Assembly (NCBI GenBank): GCA_041659405.1
Contig: JBAZYK010000001.1
Location: 180,001 to 212,000 of the forward strand
DNA from: Candidatus Altimarinota bacterium
GTDB taxonomy: Bacteria > Patescibacteriota > Gracilibacteria > UBA1369
Reading direction: 5' to 3'
Length of the DNA stretch: 32,000 bases
Shown: positions 25,332 to 32,000 of the stretch, one piece after another
Layout: every line of letters starts with the position of its first letter
Numbering within the stretch: position 1 is the stretch's first letter
Made by a program: the position numbers and the translations under genes
Notes under the pieces: model-generated
The model's database searches: none
Seen by the model: only the letters and a program-made list of their open reading frames with translations
Told to the model about the DNA's origin: nothing

Positions 25332-27233
25332 ATGTCTAAAATCCAAGTCCTTCCAGATTTTTTGATTAACCAGATCGCTGCGGGTGAAGTTGTGGAGCGG
25401 CCTGCTTCGGTTGTGAAGGAGCTTGTGGAAAACTCTTTGGATGCCGGTGCGACTTCCGTTACTGTTGAAGTTGATGGCGGTGGAGATACTCTGCTACGCA
25501 TTACAGATAATGGCTATGGCATGGATCAGGATGATGCACTTTTGGCTTTTGAAAGGCATGCGACCAGCAAAATTTCCACTCAAGATGACTTGGTGAATAT
25601 TCATACACTTGGTTTTAGAGGTGAAGCTTTGGCTTCAATTGCTTCTGTTTCTTCGATGACTTTGCAGACCAAAAAAAAGGGTGCCATGGAAGGAACTATC
25701 GTAATTTGCGAAGGTGGCGAAATGAAAAAATTGAAACCGGCGGGAATGCCTGAGGGAACCCAAATTGAAATCAAACAACTTTTTTTTAATACTCCTGCGC
25801 GCAAGAAATATTTAAAAAATACGGTCACGGAATACAATCATATTTTTAATACGATTACCGGATTGGCTTTGGCTTTTCCGCAAGTCGCTTTTAAACTGAT
25901 TCATGATGAAAAGATCGTGCTTGATTTGCCGGCTACGGAAGACCATTTTTCAAGGATCAGAAATTTAATGGGACGAACGATTGCCGATGAATTGATTCCG
26001 GTTTTTTATGGTCATTCGCAGCTTCATCTGGAAGGTTTTATTGGCAAACCGCTGATTGCCCGCGCGAATCGCAATGCCCAATATTTATTTGTGAATAATC
26101 GCGAAGTAAAATCGCATGTTTTGTCTTATTCCGTAAAGGAAAGTTATTATTCGCTTCTGCCAAAGGAAAAATATCCGGTGTTCTTTTTGTTTTATCATTT
26201 GGATCCGGAATTGGTTGATGTAAACGTTCATCCACGCAAAAGTGAAGTGCGTTTCCGTGATGAAAGAGAGATTTTTCGCATTACTTCTCAGGCCTGCCAT
26301 AAGTCTTTGGAAACGCATATCTTGGCACCACAAATCAATTCCAATGGACCGGTAAATTATTACCAGGAACGTTCTCCGCAGCCATTAAAAATGATGGATA
26401 GTGGTAATTCCGTTGTTGGTTCCGGAAATGGTTTAGGGCTTAGATCTCCGCAACTTGTGCAGGTCGCACTGGATTTTACAAAAGATTTCAGTGCCGGATT
26501 GAACAATAAAACTGGTTTTCAAAATGGAACAGGCGTGCTGCAAAACGATAATGCTCAAGAAAATCTGCCTGGTTCGGAAATGCGCAAAGGCGCTGTAAAT
26601 GAACAAAATTCTACTGTCGGCGAACATAATGAACTGGAAAGAGCACACAGTGAAGAGCTGATTCCGCTGGGGCAATTGGCTTTATCATATATTCTTTGCC
26701 AACAGGGAAAAGCTTTGGTGATTGTTGATCAACATGCCGCTCATGAACGCATCAGGTACACGGAAATTCTGGAAGATTTTGCAAAGCAGATTAGGGCTTC
26801 GCAGCCGCTTTTAACGCCACTTACTTTTGAGCTTTCGCAAAAAGAATGCGCCATTATTCAAGAAAATAATGAAATTTTAGAAGGCCTTGGTTTTGAAATA
26901 GAGCCATTTGGAGGAAACACTTTTGTGCTCCATTCTGTCCCGAATTTTATGGTTCAGGAAGATATTCAAAAAACACTTTTGGGACTGATTGATGATCTGG
27001 GTAGTCAAAGTCAAAAAGGTGACTTCCTTAAGCGCAAAGAAAAGTCTTTGATTTATATGGCTTGTCGTTCCGCCAGAAAATTTGGAGACGTATTGTCTGC
27101 ATCGGAACAAAAAGAACTGGTGAAAAAGCTGATGACTTTGGCGTTTCCATACACTTGCCCACACGGAAGACCAACCATGGTAATCATGAGCGAAGGAGAG
27201 CTTCTAAAGCGCTTTGGCAGGGATTACAGCTAA
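25332..27233 (+). CDS. mutL: DNA mismatch repair protein MutL
   Basis: IAAGEVVERPASVVKELVENSLDAGA, TLGFRGEALASI, NVHPRKSEVRF, QHAAHERIRYE-like QHAAHERIRY. Confidence 0.97.
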   Translation: MSKIQVLPDFLINQIAAGEVVERPASVVKELVENSLDAGATSVTVEVDGGGDTLLRITDNGYGMDQDDALLAFERHATSKISTQDDLVNIHTLGFRGEALASIASVSSMTLQTKKKGAMEGTIVICEGGEMKKLKPAGMPEGTQIEIKQLFFNTPARKKYLKNTVTEYNHIFNTITGLALAFPQVAFKLIHDEKIVLDLPATEDHFSRIRNLMGRTIADELIPVFYGHSQLHLEGFIGKPLIARANRNAQYLFVNNREVKSHVLSYSVKESYYSLLPKEKYPVFFLFYHLDPELVDVNVHPRKSEVRFRDEREIFRITSQACHKSLETHILAPQINSNGPVNYYQERSPQPLKMMDSGNSVVGSGNGLGLRSPQLVQVALDFTKDFSAGLNNKTGFQNGTGVLQNDNAQENLPGSEMRKGAVNEQNSTVGEHNELERAHSEELIPLGQLALSYILCQQGKALVIVDQHAAHERIRYTEILEDFAKQIRASQPLLTPLTFELSQKECAIIQENNEILEGLGFEIEPFGGNTFVLHSVPNFMVQEDIQKTLLGLIDDLGSQSQKGDFLKRKEKSLIYMACRSARKFGDVLSASEQKELVKKLMTLAFPYTCPHGRPTMVIMSEGELLKRFGRDYS

Positions 27234-27235
27234 TA

Positions 27236-29404
27236 CTACTTTCCAATTAAAGCCGCAAAATAAAGATCTTGGTTTAGATCGCCGGTGAATTGGAGTTGTC
27301 CACTTTCATCTTTTGGTAAATTTTCCGGATATTTTTTATAAATACTTATTCCCGGTTTAAATATGACTCTTTTTTTAAGGCTGCTAATAACTATGCCTGG
27401 TTGTTTTTGAATAAAAATGCGATATGCGTCAGCCGTAGCCAACTTTAAACGATTGGGCAATTTGTAGCTTAAACTAAAGGTTTTAGGATACTCAGCATTA
27501 ACATTCATTTCAAACATGAAATAAGTTTTTTGAATTTCCTCGTCAAATTTGGTTTCGATTTTGCTTTGATCTATGCCATCGGCGCTTAATAAAACGCTAT
27601 CTTTTGGAACATAAACTTTGATGAACGATTTATTTTTTCCTCCGCCAAGAATGAATTTTAATGTTGGAGAAAGATCATTATCAAAACCAAAGGATTTAAT
27701 GGTTTTCTTGATCTTCTGAAGCGCTTCCAGATTCCAGGTATCGGTGCGGGAAATCGTTAGATTATCAACAATATTGCCGTCCAGATCCACAAAAGTATCG
27801 TGCTGAAGATTTTGTTTAATATAAAGATCGCTCTTATTTCCACCAATAGAAGTTGTGATTACATTCAGATAATCATCGGTTGGTTGAATTTGGGTAACAC
27901 GACCGCTTAAATATAAATCATCAAATAATTTTTGAATTTCACTATCACGTGAATACAGCAAAATGCTTTTCTCTTTAAGGCCTTTCACGAAGGCTGCAAG
28001 TGTTTTTCCGAAGGTTTCATTTTTGAAAAGTTTATCTTTAAATGCGGGAATAAATTCACGAAGGATTTTTTTTGGATCCTGCGCGCCACTTAATTTTGAC
28101 TCAATCATGTAAGAAAGAATGGTCTGATAATTGTCTTTGGTTAGCGCTGCATTCAGGCCATCAAGCGTGATCGGGCCGGTGATATCAAAAAGATCAGCCA
28201 AAAAATGTTGGTTGATTGCTATGACGGAATCCACACTTGGCCCTTTTTCTTTCTGTAAAAACCAGGCCGCTTTCTCGGCTGAAATCGCAAAATCAGGGGA
28301 ATAATTGGAATCACGCAAGCGCCAGTTTTTGCTTATCCTGGCTATATCTTCCGGCGCGGGAATGTCTTCCTGAAGCTGTCCATCGGATTCATAGACATCA
28401 TGAAAATCCATTTTTGTCAGATAGCCATCATTAAAATCGGCGATTATATAACTGCCGATAAATCCGCCGGTTGGACGAGATTCGGTATCATTCTGCAACA
28501 AAATTAAATAACGATGAGGATAACGGTCTCCTAAAAGTTTTAGGAATACCGGAATTCTTTCCTGAAAAGATTGAACAATTTGGAGAAGCGCAGCCACTTT
28601 ATTTTTGCCATCCTGGAATTTAGCTTCATACTGCGGTGGCAAAACTTTTGGGTCAACCAGCACAAGATTATCGTTGGCTATTTCAAGCTCCTGACTGGCT
28701 TTATCAAGAAAACTTAAATCCTGACGAAGCTTGGTGGTAAGCAGAATTTTAGGTTGAGCCGAATCTTGAGCGACACTCGTGGTGGTTTGATTTTCCTTAA
28801 GAATAAGCTCCGGTAACTGTTTAATATTTTCAATACCTTTGGCAAAATCTTTTCCCGCTTCGGATACATTTTTGCCTGCCTGCAATATTCCCTCAACCGT
28901 TTGCACCGTTTTTTCCTGGGAGAAAAACAGGTTTTGATTTGAACTTAAAAAATTGATGTTTTTAAGAGCGGCCTGAAAATTGGTACTCGCTTTATCAAAG
29001 TTATCATTGGCGGCGTTAAAATTAACGTTTTTGGCGTCTACGCCGGCATTTTGAATCTGCTGATAACCCGCAGCAGCCGAAGCAATAATATTATCTTTTA
29101 TAACAAGTCCACGTTGATAAATATTAATTCCATTTAGCGCAAACAGGATTAAAATTCCGCAGGCAACCAAACGGGTAAGTTCGGAAACTTTGTCGTAAAT
29201 TTGATTTTTTCCGTTATCAACTTTGTAGGAAAAACTTTTTTTAGATTTGGATTCACAAGTCTGTGTAATAACCGATTTTCCTTTATTTGAAGCCGAAAGG
29301 TCCAGTACGTTCTTTTGTTCTTGAGGCACATGAAGATCATGATCTTTGATTGTGATCAAAAAAGAACCTTTGCTTTGAATGTCGCGCAGTATTTTGTTCT
29401 TCAT
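27236..29404 (-). CDS. DUF4012-like membrane-anchored protein
   Basis: N-terminal TM; RYLILLQNDTESRPTGGFIGSYIIADFNDGYL and VIAINQHFLADLFDITGPITLDG. Confidence 0.8.
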   Translation of the reverse strand: MKNKILRDIQSKGSFLITIKDHDLHVPQEQKNVLDLSASNKGKSVITQTCESKSKKSFSYKVDNGKNQIYDKVSELTRLVACGILILFALNGINIYQRGLVIKDNIIASAAAGYQQIQNAGVDAKNVNFNAANDNFDKASTNFQAALKNINFLSSNQNLFFSQEKTVQTVEGILQAGKNVSEAGKDFAKGIENIKQLPELILKENQTTTSVAQDSAQPKILLTTKLRQDLSFLDKASQELEIANDNLVLVDPKVLPPQYEAKFQDGKNKVAALLQIVQSFQERIPVFLKLLGDRYPHRYLILLQNDTESRPTGGFIGSYIIADFNDGYLTKMDFHDVYESDGQLQEDIPAPEDIARISKNWRLRDSNYSPDFAISAEKAAWFLQKEKGPSVDSVIAINQHFLADLFDITGPITLDGLNAALTKDNYQTILSYMIESKLSGAQDPKKILREFIPAFKDKLFKNETFGKTLAAFVKGLKEKSILLYSRDSEIQKLFDDLYLSGRVTQIQPTDDYLNVITTSIGGNKSDLYIKQNLQHDTFVDLDGNIVDNLTISRTDTWNLEALQKIKKTIKSFGFDNDLSPTLKFILGGGKNKSFIKVYVPKDSVLLSADGIDQSKIETKFDEEIQKTYFMFEMNVNAEYPKTFSLSYKLPNRLKLATADAYRIFIQKQPGIVISSLKKRVIFKPGISIYKKYPENLPKDESGQLQFTGDLNQDLYFAALIGK

Positions 29405-29416
29405 GGTTGATTTGCC

Positions 29417-31321
29417 TTACAACACCTTTATCAGGTAAAGATCCGCTATTCCATCATCAAAGAAATTTTTGGCAGAACTAATGGTGCCAAATGGCGCCAA
29501 ATAAGTGCTAAGAACTTTGTTATTGTTCAATCCAAATGCCGCAAAAATCGCACCTAAATTAAGTTCATTAATTTGATCAGCGGTACGCGCAATCGGCTGG
29601 ATTGTGTCTTTATAAAGCGCGCTGTTTTTAAGGTTGGTCTTTTTGCTACCAAGACTGCGATCAATACTTTGCTGTAAAGATTCAAGGCTTGTACTAACCG
29701 CTAAAACATTTCCCAAAGCCGTGTAATGAATCCCGAAGCCTTTATCGCCAATGGCCAAAGAACTTATATTAACGCCGTTATAAACACTATCTGAACGGGT
29801 AATTTGTTCCGGGCTGGCTACGATTTCTTGGCCTTTTGTGCCATCTGGCAGCGTTACATCCTGTATTTTTGGTTCAAAAATAGCGCTCATCTTTACAAAC
29901 GCATTGACGATTTTTTCAACACGAAGTAAATCGGAATTCTTATCGTTTAATTCCAGGTAAAAATTAACTTCCGGTTGCTCAAAACTCTTTTGAGCGGTAA
30001 CAAGATATTCACCTTTTAATAATGGGAAAATATCATCCGTAAGTGAAATATCTTTACCCAAATATTTTTCTTTCTGGTATTCAAGCAGGCCCTGAACGAT
30101 CACTGCATTTGCCTTTGTACCGGCCTTAAACAGGTCTTCCATGCGGCTGAGTTCTTTGTTTATATCATGGCCTCCCATAATCATTATTGGATTTTCGGCA
30201 GCGAGTTCCAAAAGTTTTCCCGCGTATTTATCGCTGTAAGTTAGGTAGGTATTTCCGTTCAATTCGGCGCGATTAATACTGCTGAAAGTCTGGATATGGA
30301 ATTCTTTATTTTCCGCGAAGACGGTCATTCCGGCAGCGGAGAAAATCTTTAGAAATGGCTGCAGATTGTTAAAATCCTGAATCTTTCTACTCATGAAAAC
30401 CGGATTTTTAAGAAGTACCTCGAAAAATTTAGGAATGTTTACGTATCCAAAAGCAAGCCCATTGGATGGAAGATTGTTTGCCACTTTTCGATAATTAACC
30501 TCATCGGCAAGGTTCAAATTTGAATTACTTTTTTCATTAATAAAATCTTTAAGAAGGTCGTAACCGGAAGTCAGGACCAGATATTTATTAAAGAAAGTAA
30601 AGCTGATGGTTTGGCTGTTTTTGTAATGATAAAGCGTATAACCGCGAAGATTTTCCTGAAGAAGTTCGTCTCCGGATTGCTGCATTAAGCGAGTTTTGAA
30701 AAAACCAATAGCTGCATTTGCGTCCTTAACTTCCACCATTAAAACCGGATTTAATTTGCCGTCCGGAGTGCTGGATTTAACCATAACAAAGCCGGCTTTG
30801 CGGCCAATCCATGGCGAAATATTTTGGTAAGTTGCCGGCAAAACTACATTTAAAAGTCCAATCAGTTCCGCCTTCCGGTACAGAGGATAATTTGCGAGTG
30901 CCTTATAAAATTGCTGAACCTGACTTGAGTCGCCATCAATATTGACCTCCAACAAGCCAACTGTCGCATCTGCAGGTAATAATTCGGCTAAGGGTTGAGC
31001 TCTAAATATTTTTTGAAAAATCAGAACACTTACAAAAACCAGCCCGCAAATTGAAATCACCAACAAAACCGCACCTTTTATTTTTCGACTATTCTCGGGG
31101 GTAAGCTTTGCTTTTTTTTCAGGGGTGGCGGTAGCTTCAAGCTGTGATACAAGCTCGCTCATTGTGGTTGTCTCTTCCGCTTTTTGATCCAGCTCTTTCT
31201 TCTTTGGCTTAATTTTCTTAAGCAGTTTTTTAAATTTCCCATTTTTTGGCTTCTCCTGTTCAATCATTGTTTCATTTTTTTTGGTTGAAGCTACGGTCTT
31301 TTTTTTGCTTTTTTTTCCCAT
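29417..31321 (-). CDS. DUF3352-like membrane-anchored protein
   Basis: Lys-rich cytoplasmic N-terminus, one TM (GAVLLVISICGLVFVSVLIF), then LLPADATVGLLEVNIDGDSSQVQQFYKAL. Confidence 0.7.
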   Translation of the reverse strand: MGKKSKKKTVASTKKNETMIEQEKPKNGKFKKLLKKIKPKKKELDQKAEETTTMSELVSQLEATATPEKKAKLTPENSRKIKGAVLLVISICGLVFVSVLIFQKIFRAQPLAELLPADATVGLLEVNIDGDSSQVQQFYKALANYPLYRKAELIGLLNVVLPATYQNISPWIGRKAGFVMVKSSTPDGKLNPVLMVEVKDANAAIGFFKTRLMQQSGDELLQENLRGYTLYHYKNSQTISFTFFNKYLVLTSGYDLLKDFINEKSNSNLNLADEVNYRKVANNLPSNGLAFGYVNIPKFFEVLLKNPVFMSRKIQDFNNLQPFLKIFSAAGMTVFAENKEFHIQTFSSINRAELNGNTYLTYSDKYAGKLLELAAENPIMIMGGHDINKELSRMEDLFKAGTKANAVIVQGLLEYQKEKYLGKDISLTDDIFPLLKGEYLVTAQKSFEQPEVNFYLELNDKNSDLLRVEKIVNAFVKMSAIFEPKIQDVTLPDGTKGQEIVASPEQITRSDSVYNGVNISSLAIGDKGFGIHYTALGNVLAVSTSLESLQQSIDRSLGSKKTNLKNSALYKDTIQPIARTADQINELNLGAIFAAFGLNNNKVLSTYLAPFGTISSAKNFFDDGIADLYLIKVL

Positions 31322-31341
31322 ACTAGAAAATTAAATTAAAT

Positions 31342-31381
31342 GAGCTCGCGTCGCTTGCGATAGTAAAACGCACTTCGCGCG
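31342..31381 (+). repeat. Dispersed GC-rich repeat, copy B, lying between TAGAAAATTA direct repeats (31324-31333 and 31385-31394)
   Basis: GAGCTCGCGTCGCTTGCGATAGTAAAACGCACTTCGCGCG; about 32/40 identical to 18291-18330. Confidence 0.6.
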
Positions 31382-31499
31382 CGATAGAAAATTAGTCCAG
31401 ATTAGTATCGCAGAATTCATTTTAAAGTTCAATTAAAATCTATTGGCGATATAAAGGAATCTGCTATAATTCAACACCGAAAACCCATTACATTTTTTT

Positions 31500-32000
31500 A
31501 TGCTTGCAAAAGACCTTCGAAGACGATTTATAGACTTCTTTGTCCAGAAACACGGACATGCGGAAATCAAGAGTGCCTCGGTCATTCCGGAAAATGATCC
31601 AACGGTTTTGTTTACCACTGCCGGGATGCATCCACTTGTGCCTTATTTAATGGGCGAACCTCATCCGGCCGGAAAACGTCTGGTTGATGTACAAAAATCC
31701 ATTCGCACTGATGATATTGATGAAGTGGGAGATGCCACACATTGCACGTTTTTTGAGATGCTTGGGAACTGGTCATTGGGTGATTATTTCAAGAAAGAAG
31801 CAATTAAATGGAGTTATGAACTTTTGACATCGGCTTTGAATGAAGGCGGCCTGGGGCTCGATCCAAAGCGCTTAATGGTGACATGTTTTGCCGGTGACAA
31901 TGACGCGCCAATAGATAATGAAGCCGCTGATGTTTGGAAAAGTTTGGGTTTTAAAAGCTTTGAAGATGCTACCAAGGATGATCACCAATTGATTTTCTTT
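31500..32000 (+). CDS. alaS: Alanyl-tRNA synthetase, N-terminal part (3'-truncated by window end)
   Basis: [102 protein letters not shown]. Confidence 0.95.
   Translation, partial: MLAKDLRRRFIDFFVQKHGHAEIKSASVIPENDPTVLFTTAGMHPLVPYLMGEPHPAGKRLVDVQKSIRTDDIDEVGDATHCTFFEMLGNWSLGDYFKKEAIKWSYELLTSALNEGGLGLDPKRLMVTCFAGDNDAPIDNEAADVWKSLGFKSFEDATKDDHQLIFF

Noticed and set aside
1-32000. CRISPR arrays, insertion sequences or prophage
   Set aside because: No regularly spaced repeats with unique spacers, and no transposase, integrase or phage structural proteins among the ORFs.

Overview
This 32 kb window looks chromosomal and AT-rich, with a gene repertoire reminiscent of a Patescibacteria/CPR or Peregrinibacteria-like bacterium (taxonomy is inference). 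Housekeeping genes: 5'-truncated NDP-sugar pyrophosphorylase/GlmU-like gene, purN, sdaAB/sdaAA, lspA, ftsW, murG, lexA, mutS, mutL, and the 5' part of alaS, which the ORF track misses because it runs off the window. Accessory or less typical loci: an AAA/DUF4143-type ATPase, a RelB/RelE-YafQ-type toxin-antitoxin pair, an HTH-Fic protein whose catalytic histidine is replaced by glutamine, an orphan CofE-like gene, two tandem MscS channels, a slipin, a LemA protein next to a membrane protein, DUF4012-like and DUF3352-like proteins, and a tRNA-Thr(CGT). The strongest leads are: (1) a promoter-to-terminator unit of about 500 nt at ~10.6-11.16 kb with a structured GC-rich core and no recognised family; (2) the Fic H-to-Q variant behind a 21-bp-period repeat operator; (3) a palindromic operator filling the spacer of the lexA promoter; (4) a dispersed ~40-nt GC-rich repeat inside the 3' end of murG and between genes, one copy flanked by 10-bp direct repeats; (5) a 74-nt ftsW/murG dual-coding overlap containing a G8 tract. 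No CRISPR array, transposase, rRNA or clear multi-gene defence island is visible.
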